64,000 nucleotides of DNA. Origin: a bacterium (lineage in GTDB: Bacteria > SAR324 > NAC60-12). Shown here in pieces: positions 44,304 through 53,641 of the stretch. The notes under the pieces are model-generated. The model did not search any database. It worked only from the letters and a program-made list of their open reading frames with translations, and was not told where the DNA came from. Both the position numbers and the translations under genes were made by a program. The stretch spans positions 72,080 to 136,079 of the forward strand of contig CBDDTI010000729.1 of the NCBI GenBank assembly GCA_965233585.1, read 5' to 3'. How positions within the stretch are numbered: the stretch's first letter is position 1; each line of letters starts with the position of its first letter.

Positions 44304-45063
44304 GGTATTGTTAAACTATAAGTGATATGCGATATTAAGTTCATTTAATTGAATTGATAGTCATGGTGTAGCAATGAAGTTGTGTCCTAGATGTGAAAGT
44401 GAGAAGACGGTTAAGAATGGTTTCTTATATGGTAAACCGAGGAGGCGTTGCAATGCCTGCAACTATCAATATACCAAGTCCTATCGTGGCCAAATCTCAC
44501 CACAGATCAAAAGAAGAGCATTAGAGTTGTATTTGGAGGGTCTTGGTTTCAGGTCAATCGGTCGTTTGCTGAATTGTTCTCATGTTTCAGTTTATAATTG
44601 GGTCTGTAGTTTTGGCGAACAGCTCAAGGCATTAAGAAAGGACACAGACATTGAAATTATGGAAATTGATGAAATGCACACCTACATCCAGTCAAAAAAA
44701 ACTACTGCTGGCTCTGGATTGCTGTTGATAGATGTGGGAAGCAATTTATCAATTGTGTGCTTGGAAACAGAGACTCAAAAGCCTGTAGGCATTTATGGGA
44801 CAAGGTCAAGGAAACAAAACCTCTTCAGGTGATGACTGATCACTGCAAGGCTTACAAACAAGTCATTCCCAAAGAAATTCATACATGTTCCAAGGCAGAA
44901 ACATACACGATAGAAGGGTATAATTCTCTCTTGAGACATTTCTTGGCAAGAATGAGAAGGAAAACCAAATGTTACAGCAAGTCTCTTAAAGCATTACAAT
45001 ATTCTGTTCTTTTGTTCATGGCAAAACGGAATAATCAGCTATCACTTATTACTTAACAATGCC
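44304..45063 (+). mobile_element. Intact IS1-family element (760 bp)
   Basis: IRs GGTATTGTTAAACTATAAGTGATA and TATCACTTATTACTTAACAATGCC; 8-bp target duplication AAATTATT at 44296-44303 and 45064-45071. Confidence 0.95.
44374..45056 (+). CDS. IS1 transposase InsAB, -1 programmed frameshift at A8C (44694-44702)
   Basis: InsA CPRC...CNAC plus HTH; the -1 frame reads NYCWLWIAVDR...MTDH...IEGYNS. Confidence 0.9.
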
Positions 45064-45675
45064 AAATTATTTTCTGCTTTCTCTTTTTGTTTTTTAGTAA
45101 GCGGTTTGTATATTTCAGTTAAATTATTTTCTACATTTTCTTTTAATTGGTCTAAAATATCATCTTTGTTGTAATTGTTATTGCTTATAAATTTATCAAT
45201 AGAAATTTTACCCGTCAAAAAATATTTTTTACTGTTTTTTAATAGTGTCTCTGTTTCTTTTCTATTGTCTTTAATTTCTATATACAAAATTTTATCATTT
45301 TTATTTTCTTTATCTTTTCCAATTTTGATTTCATAGCTAAATTTATTTTTCCTGTTTTGGATTTCTTGCTTTTGCTTAAATTCCTCATTTAATCTATAAA
45401 AAGTATAAAAATGGTATTTCTTTAATTTTTCATCGTTTAATATCAATTTATTAGATGCTTTGTGTATATCACAAATACATTGATAAATGTCTTCGTTTGT
45501 ATTAGCTGGAATTGCTATGTTTTTAACTGCTTCTTTGATAAGTTTCCCATCTCCTGAATTAATATCAACATCTTTGTATAATTCGTGTAAGGTTGATAAA
45601 TAAGCAAACCAAGATTTGATGTACAATGAAAAATAATCTACATCAATAGACTGTCGCCAATTTTGATATTTAGCT

Positions 45676-47088
45676 TCACTCATTGCTTTGTTGCTCTATA
45701 AACTCCAGCCCCGCATCTTCTCCCTCCTCAATCGCCACCTCCACCGCTTGCTTGGCTACTTCCAACAATCTTTCGCTTTCTTTTTTGAGGGCAAAACTTT
45801 GTTCTATTTTTTTGGCGGTTTGGGTTTGGGTTTCTTTTTTGATGATGGGAAGTATAAAATTTTCTATATCTTCATTTCTTATTTTAGGCTGACCCGTTTG
45901 AGTTTTATATTTATTTATTTGTTCTTGAAACAATAACGAATGCAACAATACTTCAAAAAACAAAGGATTAAAAGTATTGCCTAATAAACATAATTTAGAT
46001 GTATTATTTGATATAAAACTATGATTTAGTTCTTTAGGTATCCTATTAGATTTTCCTATAGTATCTCCTATTGTAGCAATGATAAACTCATTTTCTTGAA
46101 CAATAGTTTCATTTGTATGAATAAATTTATCATCAATATAAATAATTTGTTCTTGGTTTATAAATCCACTTTTTGATAATTCTTTAATTCTAATATAAGC
46201 CCTTTTTGAGTCTTCAACATAATACTCTTTATCTATCAAAGAACCATTACTAATTTTTGATATTTCACCTAACTTCAAATATCCATTTGAATAAGATTTT
46301 ATCTTTTTCTCTAATTCCTCATACTTCGGCTGATAATATTCCGCATCCAATCTACCACTGGTGCCAAAACTTTCGCTAAAATTTTTAACGCTTACTTTTT
46401 CTTGTGATGGGGTAAAATCCTTTAGTCCCACTTCTTCCAACAACAACGCTTCAGCTTCACGGTAGAGGGTTTTAGAAGTGTCTAATTTGTGATGAGCTTG
46501 TTTGACTAATTTTTCTATTTGGAGTTGGAAGGTTTGAGAAAAAAGAGGAATCTTTACATTCAAAACATCATGATCGGTAATGGCAGGATACATTGTTGCC
46601 GTATTTTCTCTCATCATTTTAGTTGTGAAAAATTTTGTTTTTAGAAAAGAATACACAAAATAGGGATTGATTAATTTTTTATCAATTCTTAAAACAGCAA
46701 AGCCACTTGTACCCACCAAGCGTTTAGAATTTCTTATAAAAGCAACAGCATTTCTATTAGGTCTAACCGTAGATACAACAATATCATTTTCTTTTAAACA
46801 GTAAGTTGCTCTATCTGGAATAGTAGAACAATCTATAACTTCTGTTGTATAATCTAAACCTTTTAAATGTACTCCAGATATGGACAAATAGTTAAAATCT
46901 TTTTTGAGTTTTAAAGATTTTATATTGATAACAGTTTCCTTTTTTAGATAAATCCTTAATGGTTTCCCTTGTAAGTAGTTTTCATTATTAAGCAAGAATT
47001 TTAAATAATATTCACTATCTAACCTATTCCTGTAGCTTTGTTGATAAGTTTGAAAATCAATAATACTTATTTCCAGCCCCTCCAACAA
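45676..47088 (-). CDS. Restriction-modification specificity (S) subunit, two TRDs
   Basis: RLDSEYY and RLDAEYY repeats, TMYPAI and TGQPKI, helical spacers. Confidence 0.85.
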   Translation of the reverse strand: MLEGLEISIIDFQTYQQSYRNRLDSEYYLKFLLNNENYLQGKPLRIYLKKETVINIKSLKLKKDFNYLSISGVHLKGLDYTTEVIDCSTIPDRATYCLKENDIVVSTVRPNRNAVAFIRNSKRLVGTSGFAVLRIDKKLINPYFVYSFLKTKFFTTKMMRENTATMYPAITDHDVLNVKIPLFSQTFQLQIEKLVKQAHHKLDTSKTLYREAEALLLEEVGLKDFTPSQEKVSVKNFSESFGTSGRLDAEYYQPKYEELEKKIKSYSNGYLKLGEISKISNGSLIDKEYYVEDSKRAYIRIKELSKSGFINQEQIIYIDDKFIHTNETIVQENEFIIATIGDTIGKSNRIPKELNHSFISNNTSKLCLLGNTFNPLFFEVLLHSLLFQEQINKYKTQTGQPKIRNEDIENFILPIIKKETQTQTAKKIEQSFALKKESERLLEVAKQAVEVAIEEGEDAGLEFIEQQSNE

Positions 47089-47117
47089 AGCCTGATATTT
47101 GGCATCATCAAAGGGGC

Positions 47118-49184
47118 TTAATACTTTCCCACATTTTCATTCCTCCTTTTGTAAAGGGGGCTAGGGGGATTTTTATCTCTGCTTTGTGGGCTTTGCCAAA
47201 AACTCAAATTTTCCTTTTTGGAAAATTCAATGAAGGCTTCAGCGATGCCATCTTGGGTTTGTCCTTCGTGATTAAAGAGGTCATGTTTGACGATTTTATG
47301 CCCGTGTTGGTCTAATTGGTCTAATCCATCTGAACGTTTGACAAAGATTTTATCGCCGCTGTTGTCTTTGCTGGGTTCTTGTTGAGTAGCAAAAAAGATG
47401 GGGTAATCGTCTTTTTTAGGACAAAGTGTTTCGTCCCATTTTTGCACAAACAACACGCTGGTTTTGGTGCCTGTATGGGGTTTGAAGACATTGCCATGCA
47501 AACCGACTACGGCAAGTATTCGGCATCGTTCGGCTATGTAATCTCTGATTCTTTTATCGCTGGAGTTATTAAAACGTCCTTGTGGTAAAACGATTGCCAT
47601 GCGTCCGCCATCTTTTAGAAAGTTAAGATTGCGTTCTATGAACAAAATATCTCGCCCGACTTTGTTTTCATATTTGCCGTTTTCCTTTTTGCCCAAATCA
47701 TACAGGCTAAACAAATCGCTTTCTTTGATGTCTCCTGCAAACGGTGGATTTGCCATGAGAAGATCAAAGTTAAAATCGCGGTTGCTTTGCTTGCTGTTTC
47801 GTATCCTTTTTAGTTTTCTCCAACCTTCATAGTAAGTATCAATCCAATCCTCTTCTTTTTGAGTTTCGTCCCATCTTTTGTAATCCAAAGTATTCAAATG
47901 CAAGACATTGGTTTGTCCATCTCCTGCAATGAGGTTTAACGTTCGTGCAACGCGTACTGCTTTTCTGTCAAAATCAATGGCAAACACTTTGTCTGCTACA
48001 TAATCCATACATTCTGCTGGTTTTTTCTCTGTTGTGAACAGGTGGCTTTTGGAAAGTCCTTTCTCTTTTAAAATCTGCTCCCAGACATAAAACATGGCAT
48101 GCACAGGAAAGCCACAACTGCCTGCGGCGGTGTCAATGATGGTCTCTTCTTTTTGTGGATTGAGCATTTTAACGCACATGTCAATGACGTAACGTGGGGT
48201 AAAATATTGACCTTTCTCGCCTTTGCTACTTTGGTTCATCAGATACTCAAAGGCTTCATCTACCACATCTAAATTAGAGTTAAAGAGTTTGACATTTTGC
48301 AAAGATGACACACAAACTGACAAGTGAGAAGTGGTCAGGTTGATTTTATCATCAGGGTTAAACACACTTTGCCATTTTCTCTTTGCCTTATCAAAAAGCC
48401 CTTGTATTTTTTGTTTAAGCTCGGTTTGGGTATCGCCATAATTCCTAAACTGCAAATGACGTTTTTCGTCCCGTCCGCTTTCCATTTCATCATAAAGTTT
48501 GGTAAAGATGAGCTTAAAGCATTCTTCAAAAGCATCTACTCCTGCATTTGCCAAAACCTCATCTTCCATTTCTTCAATGAGGTCTTTCAACGATTTACGT
48601 TCTTTGACTAATTTGTCCTCTCGTTCCAAATCTTTCCAAGTCCAACGTTCGGTGAGAATGTCAGACAGCTTTTCAGTGGCTTTGGGCAGGCTTGTCAGGT
48701 CTTCAAAATAATTGGGGTCTTTGCGGTGATAAAAAGAGATTTGCTCGCCATTTGTCCAAACGGCAATCGGTGAACCTGTGGCATTGCAGTAGCTTTTAAG
48801 CTGGTCTTTTCCATCTCTGAGCTTGGGCTGTTTCACTTCTACAATGATATAAGGATCGGTGGGTCTGTCCTTGTCAAAGATGACAATATCAGCTCTTTTG
48901 ATTTCTCTGCCAAAATGCACGGGATATTCGCATTGCATGCGTTCAAAAGGGTATTGGTAACCTTCATTTAAAATGATGAGATAAAGCTGTCTGATGACTT
49001 CTTCGGGGGTGAGTTTGATGTCTTTCTTTCTGACCAAGCATTCAACATGGGGAATTTCTTCACCTTTTTTGTTGGGTTTGCTGAATATCTTACTTTCTAA
49101 ACGTGGAATGACGTATTCAAAGCCTTCTTCAGAAAATTGCTCTAGGCTGTAATTAGAATCTTTTAAAATGTCTGTCAGTTTCAT
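47118..49184 (-). CDS. Fused endonuclease (HsdR_N-like) and N6-adenine methyltransferase
   Basis: PEEVIRQ, RADIV...VEVK nuclease motif; GQYFTP, AAGSCGF, NPPF. Confidence 0.9.
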   Translation of the reverse strand: MKLTDILKDSNYSLEQFSEEGFEYVIPRLESKIFSKPNKKGEEIPHVECLVRKKDIKLTPEEVIRQLYLIILNEGYQYPFERMQCEYPVHFGREIKRADIVIFDKDRPTDPYIIVEVKQPKLRDGKDQLKSYCNATGSPIAVWTNGEQISFYHRKDPNYFEDLTSLPKATEKLSDILTERWTWKDLEREDKLVKERKSLKDLIEEMEDEVLANAGVDAFEECFKLIFTKLYDEMESGRDEKRHLQFRNYGDTQTELKQKIQGLFDKAKRKWQSVFNPDDKINLTTSHLSVCVSSLQNVKLFNSNLDVVDEAFEYLMNQSSKGEKGQYFTPRYVIDMCVKMLNPQKEETIIDTAAGSCGFPVHAMFYVWEQILKEKGLSKSHLFTTEKKPAECMDYVADKVFAIDFDRKAVRVARTLNLIAGDGQTNVLHLNTLDYKRWDETQKEEDWIDTYYEGWRKLKRIRNSKQSNRDFNFDLLMANPPFAGDIKESDLFSLYDLGKKENGKYENKVGRDILFIERNLNFLKDGGRMAIVLPQGRFNNSSDKRIRDYIAERCRILAVVGLHGNVFKPHTGTKTSVLFVQKWDETLCPKKDDYPIFFATQQEPSKDNSGDKIFVKRSDGLDQLDQHGHKIVKHDLFNHEGQTQDGIAEAFIEFSKKENLSFWQSPQSRDKNPPSPLYKRRNENVGKY

Positions 49185-49305
49185 GGTCAGATTTGGGGTT
49201 TATTTTCAAGATTTTCCACTTGGCAGCGGTGAGGAAATGATGTACCTTTTTCATAGTTTGTTGTTTGGTGAATGACTTTGAAAAAGACTTTTGAATCAGG
49301 AGGAA

Positions 49306-49379
49306 TGCACCCGGGAGGACTTGAACCTCCAACCTTTGGATTCGAAGTCCACTGCTCTATCCGATTAAGCTACGGGTGC
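49306..49379 (-). tRNA. tRNA-Arg(UCG)
   Basis: Cloverleaf GCACCCG...CGGGTGC-A, anticodon loop CTTCGAA, T-loop TTCAAGT; CCA not encoded. Confidence 0.93.
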
Positions 49380-49393
49380 TTGGAGGAGAAATC

Positions 49394-49470
49394 TGGGGCA
49401 AGCAAAGGGACTTGAACCCTCGACCACTGGAATCACAATCCAGCGCTCTACCAACTGAGCTATGCCTGCC
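49394..49470 (-). tRNA. tRNA-His(GUG)
   Basis: G-1, anticodon loop TTGTGAT, encoded CCA. Confidence 0.95.
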
Positions 49471-49484
49471 AAACAAAACTGGAC

Positions 49485-49513
49485 ATTCTATGCTAACTCA
49501 ACCTAATTGACAA
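49485..49513 (-). promoter_or_regulatory. Sigma70 promoter of the tRNA pair
   Basis: TTGTCA-17 nt-TAGAAT on the minus strand. Confidence 0.6.
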
Positions 49514-50370
49514 TAAAATTGTTCACTCATCATCTGCCTCTCAAAGTCCGCCTTACTCTTTCTTGCTCATTATTCCTTTGCGTGACTGCCATCTTGCTTG
49601 TGTTTTTGCAAACGACACAATCTTTGGTCAGGCAACACATTGCCAGTTATCAAACCGTGTCCTTGATTCTCAATTCGCAAGCAACATTGAAAGAAGCACA
49701 GAAGATTCAGCAACGAGTAGAAGATGACTTCCGTCTCCAATTTCAAAACGAATTGACCTTTCAAGATTCATTGAACACCATCAAACAAAACTTTGACCTA
49801 GAATTGCTCAATACTGACACCATTGCTCCTTTGTTTTATGGTGTTATTCAGTTTCAGGTCAAAGATGATTATTTGCCACAGTTGGAGACCATTATCAACC
49901 GCTTGAGCGTTTTTGAAGAAGTAGAAGAAGTCGTTTACTTTCCTGACCAACTGAAACAAGCCATGACGTATCGTGTCAAAATCAACCAACTGTCTTTGGC
50001 TGTCTTTGCTGGACTTGGTGTGATTTATCTGATGCTTTCGTGGTATGGAACATCTGCTTTGGTTTCTTTGCACCGTGAATCGTTGGCTCTGAAAGCTCTC
50101 TTTGGGGCAAATTTTTCAGTGATTTACTTGCCTTTCTTCAAGGAAATAGTGATAATGAACAGCTTGGCTCTGACTGTTCCACTGGGCTTAATGAGTTTTT
50201 TAAGTCAAAAAATACCTTCTTGGTTAGGGGGAGTGATTGTCAAGTTTCAAGATTTGGTCACGCTAGGGGGGCTGGAATACGACCCATTCTTCCTGCTGAT
50301 GACTTTAGCAATTTTGGGATTCCTGCTGAACTTGTCTGTGGTTCACCTGCACCTTTCTAAATTGAGCTGA
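49507..50370 (+). CDS. FtsX-like permease
   Basis: 1 TM, periplasmic loop, 3 TMs; ESLALKALFGA...IYLPF. Confidence 0.6.
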   Translation: MTIKLFTHHLPLKVRLTLSCSLFLCVTAILLVFLQTTQSLVRQHIASYQTVSLILNSQATLKEAQKIQQRVEDDFRLQFQNELTFQDSLNTIKQNFDLELLNTDTIAPLFYGVIQFQVKDDYLPQLETIINRLSVFEEVEEVVYFPDQLKQAMTYRVKINQLSLAVFAGLGVIYLMLSWYGTSALVSLHRESLALKALFGANFSVIYLPFFKEIVIMNSLALTVPLGLMSFLSQKIPSWLGGVIVKFQDLVTLGGLEYDPFFLLMTLAILGFLLNLSVVHLHLSKLS

Positions 50371-50428
50371 ATGTTACACATTATGTCAGATTGGTCTCTC
50401 AAAAATACCATCTATCAAACAAAACAAC

Positions 50429-51640
50429 ATGTCTCTGATTGATTCCATTGAACGAAAGCGATTTCCATGTCAAATAAAACAATGTTCTAATACATTTGAA
50501 TTGACACAACGAGAGGCTCTGGAAAGCCTCAAGAATAAAAATTTTGAAGCACCTCATCGCATGTGTGATGAATGCTACTCTCGTTTTCAAAAATTAGAAG
50601 ACCTTCAGGTGACATGTGCGACACATGATTGCAATGAAGTCATCACCATCAAACCTTATAAACAACTGGCAGATTCAAAGAAAAAGAAGAGTAACTTTGA
50701 CCCCATGCTCTTTTGTGAGTCTTGCCACGAAGTTTTAAAAAATCTTGCTCCCAGAAATGAAAAATGCAGGTTACAACATTGTGACAACACTTGGGAATGG
50801 TATCCTGCCTCACAGCTCAAAAAACTGGGAAGAAAGCTGGAAGGGCAAGCAGACCCAAGACTTTGTCAACCTTGTGCAGAGTCTTTAAAAAAACTTCAGG
50901 TCAAAGAAATACCATGCCGCATCAAGCACTGTTCTTACACATGGCGACTAGAACGACTGCCCCAGCTAGACCTTCAGAAAAAAAAGAATGTCATCTCTAA
51001 AAGACTCTGCTTGCGTTGTGCAAAAAAATTGAAAGAATTAGCTGTGAAGCAGGTGCCATGTGCCATGCCTGCATGTAACAATTCGTGGGATTGGAACACC
51101 TTCTCTCAATTAGAGCATTTTTGTAAGCAAGAAAGCGGGAATGCTGAAGAACTCAAAAGATACTGTAATGACTGCTTTCACTACCTGCGTCAAACCAAAT
51201 CTAAAACAAAGAAATGTCATACTTCAGGATGCAAAAATCAAATCCAACTCTCTGCAGAAGAACAGCTTAGAGAACGATTGGTCAAAAGAAAGAAGGGAGA
51301 CAAGGCTGAACTGTTTGTCTGCCAAGAATGCACCGACTGTCAAGACCAACTCCAAAGCCAAGAAATAGAATGTAAACAACAAGGATGTTCTCAAACATTC
51401 ACTTGGACTAAGGAGGAACAAATCAGTCAAATCAGACGTCAGGGGAAAGGGTGGATTCAAAACACTCATCAACGACATTGCGACTCTTGTCTTGAGTTTA
51501 TGAAAGAGAACAGAGATCAGAAACTCGTTTGCCAAAAATGTCAAACGCAAGAAATTTCTTGGACAATCAATGAACAACTCATGTGCCACTTAGGAGTTTG
51601 GACAAAACCGACAACATGCCCTCAATGCCTAAAAACTTGA
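50429..51640 (+). CDS. Protein of eight tandem zinc-ribbon repeats
   Basis: Eight units of C-x4-C (last C-x2-C) ... C-x2-C. Confidence 0.8.
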   Translation: MSLIDSIERKRFPCQIKQCSNTFELTQREALESLKNKNFEAPHRMCDECYSRFQKLEDLQVTCATHDCNEVITIKPYKQLADSKKKKSNFDPMLFCESCHEVLKNLAPRNEKCRLQHCDNTWEWYPASQLKKLGRKLEGQADPRLCQPCAESLKKLQVKEIPCRIKHCSYTWRLERLPQLDLQKKKNVISKRLCLRCAKKLKELAVKQVPCAMPACNNSWDWNTFSQLEHFCKQESGNAEELKRYCNDCFHYLRQTKSKTKKCHTSGCKNQIQLSAEEQLRERLVKRKKGDKAELFVCQECTDCQDQLQSQEIECKQQGCSQTFTWTKEEQISQIRRQGKGWIQNTHQRHCDSCLEFMKENRDQKLVCQKCQTQEISWTINEQLMCHLGVWTKPTTCPQCLKT

Positions 51641-52308
51641 ACACTAAATCTGTCTTCTTCAAAATTTTGATTCTGCTCACACTGGTCTTGACTGGGTGTT
51701 CCACACGTTTTTCTGACTATGACTTTTACCCCATCTATCGCAATGTCCGTTTTTTAGATGCAGACACAGAAGAGCTTTTTAGCAAGGTTCATCGCTTTGG
51801 CTTTCTTTACCAAGATTATCGTCCCGTGCTAGTCGCTGACGTCATTTTTAAGGGTGCCGATTATCGTAAGTTATATGCCAATAATATAGTGGAGGGCTAC
51901 GGACTGCGTCAGAAGCAAAGCGATGACATCTTGCGTGAACAACGAAAGTCTTATCATAATCGCTTTGAATTTGTCTTGTTTCTCTACAACGGAAGCCTTG
52001 ACAACATAGACTTACACAAAGCAAAATCTCAATGGAAACTCTATCTACAAGATGATGATGGAGACGAGCTTTTGCCAATGGAAGTGAGAAAGCTCAAACA
52101 CGATGCACCTGAAGCGATTTTTTTAAAAAAATACATGATTGAATTAGACCGCTGGGTAGAAGTGTACCTTGTGTCTTTCCCCAAATTAGCCAAAGCTGTC
52201 TTGCAAGAAGAATCAGGAACAAAAGACTTTCAAATGACCTTGACCAGCTTGAATGGACGCATCTTGCTTGAATGGAAGCAGTCCCAATTATTTTATTCCA
52301 AATTCTAA
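51583..52308 (+). CDS. Hypothetical lipoprotein (true start probably slightly downstream)
   Basis: Lipobox LTGC after a hydrophobic stretch. Confidence 0.7.
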   Translation: MPLRSLDKTDNMPSMPKNLNTKSVFFKILILLTLVLTGCSTRFSDYDFYPIYRNVRFLDADTEELFSKVHRFGFLYQDYRPVLVADVIFKGADYRKLYANNIVEGYGLRQKQSDDILREQRKSYHNRFEFVLFLYNGSLDNIDLHKAKSQWKLYLQDDDGDELLPMEVRKLKHDAPEAIFLKKYMIELDRWVEVYLVSFPKLAKAVLQEESGTKDFQMTLTSLNGRILLEWKQSQLFYSKF

Positions 52309-52310
52309 CG

Positions 52311-52778
52311 ATGCGCTACCGACCAAACGTCTGTGCTGTGATTGTGAACCCCGAACGAACTCATGTTTTGATGTTTCACAGAGTAGATTTTAAATTCCAC
52401 TGCTGGCAGTTTCCACAAGGCGGGATAGATGAGGGAGAGACAGAATTAGAAGCACTTTACCGAGAACTGCATGAAGAAATTGGGGACAATGACATTGAAA
52501 TTTTGCAGCAATCTAAAAGTCGGATTCGCTACCGATTTTCTCCTACTGCCAGACGTTCAAGACATTCTAAAAAAGTGGTTGGGCAAGAACAAAGATGGTT
52601 TGTCATCCATTTGAAAAATGGGACAAGCAACATCTCTTTTGAACAAGTACCTGCAGAGTTTAATGACTTCCAATGGTTTAAAATAGAGGGTTGTTGGAAG
52701 CAACTCCCTGCCTTTAAACGTAAATCGGTCAGGAAAGCACTCAAACAGTTTAGGCTCATCAAATGTCAACGCAAATGA
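52311..52778 (+). CDS. rppH: RNA pyrophosphohydrolase (Nudix)
   Basis: YRPNV, WQFPQGGIDEGE...RELHEEIG, GQEQRWF, EF...W. Confidence 0.88.
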   Translation: MRYRPNVCAVIVNPERTHVLMFHRVDFKFHCWQFPQGGIDEGETELEALYRELHEEIGDNDIEILQQSKSRIRYRFSPTARRSRHSKKVVGQEQRWFVIHLKNGTSNISFEQVPAEFNDFQWFKIEGCWKQLPAFKRKSVRKALKQFRLIKCQRK

Positions 52779-53536
52779 AAGCGGTCAAGCAGTTCGTTTG
52801 CAAAGCGAATGTATGCTGTTGAGCCTATTGCCTCCAAGTTGCGACTGAACACTGTATCCCCCATTGCACTAGATTCCATAATATCAGGACATCTTGGGAT
52901 AATTGTTTGAAAAACCGATGCAGGTAAAGATTTGTAAATTTGACGGCAGATTTGGCGATGTACAGGCATCTGGCAGTCATACATGGTCATCAAAATTCCT
53001 GCGATTCGTAGGTCTCCAGAAATGGAATGCTGAAGTTGCCTAAACAGCTTTAAAAAACGTTTCAATGAACCAATCGCAAGGGCTTCACATTGCAAAGGGG
53101 CAACAATTAAATCTGATGAAATCAAAGCACTGACGCTCAATTCATTGGAAGAAGGAGGTGAATCAAGCACTATGAAGTCATAATGATCCATCGCTTCACG
53201 TTCAATCCATTCTTTTAAAAAGGCAGGATTTGATGCGTTTTTTAAAATCTGTGCTTCATCTCTAAAAGACATGGCATTTGAAAAGATGAAGTCCAAATTT
53301 TCACGAGATGTTGGCGTCGTCACTTCAGAAAGCGATGCTTGGTCACAAAAAAGTTCGCGTATTCCACGGGCAGGCTGTTGTTGATAACCGAATGAGGCTT
53401 GAATAGAACCTTGTGGGTCAAGGTCAACCATCAGCACTTTACGACCCCCGATGGCAAGTGCTGCCGAAAGATTGGTGGAACAAGTCGTTTTGCCAACGCC
53501 CCCTTTTTGACTAGAAAATGTAATTACTGTTGTCAT
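52766..53536 (-). CDS. ParA/Soj family ATPase
   Basis: QKGGVGKTT, DLDPQG, DSPP, PLQCE. Confidence 0.92.
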   Translation of the reverse strand: MTTVITFSSQKGGVGKTTCSTNLSAALAIGGRKVLMVDLDPQGSIQASFGYQQQPARGIRELFCDQASLSEVTTPTSRENLDFIFSNAMSFRDEAQILKNASNPAFLKEWIEREAMDHYDFIVLDSPPSSNELSVSALISSDLIVAPLQCEALAIGSLKRFLKLFRQLQHSISGDLRIAGILMTMYDCQMPVHRQICRQIYKSLPASVFQTIIPRCPDIMESSAMGDTVFSRNLEAIGSTAYIRFANELLDRFHLR

Positions 53537-53641
53537 AACATACTCAAATTAAAAAACTTTGTGACACAAAACCAAAGGCACGAATCTCATGTACTCTAAA
53601 TTAAATCAAATGACCATCATTTAACAGGCTATTATCATACT

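Larger units (their letters stand above)
44007..45683 (-). pseudogene. HEPN-type (RxxxxH) protein interrupted by IS1; 302 aa when reconstructed
   Basis: Removing the IS and one target duplicate joins 45683-45064 to 44295-44007 in frame; C-terminal part contains YELRNILFH. Confidence 0.8.

Noticed and set aside
44651..44660. TTGAAATTAT in IS1 complementary to part of the unit 2 variable segment
   Set aside because: A 10-nt AT-rich match is expected by chance in 64 kb; not accepted as a guide target.
45042..45683. 213-aa ORF as a complete gene
   Set aside because: Its last residues come from the IS1 right end; it is the 5' fragment of the interrupted 302-aa gene.
52766..53536. ParA as evidence of a plasmid or replication origin
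   Set aside because: No parB, parS or rep gene seen and it is flanked by housekeeping genes; orphan ParA proteins are common.
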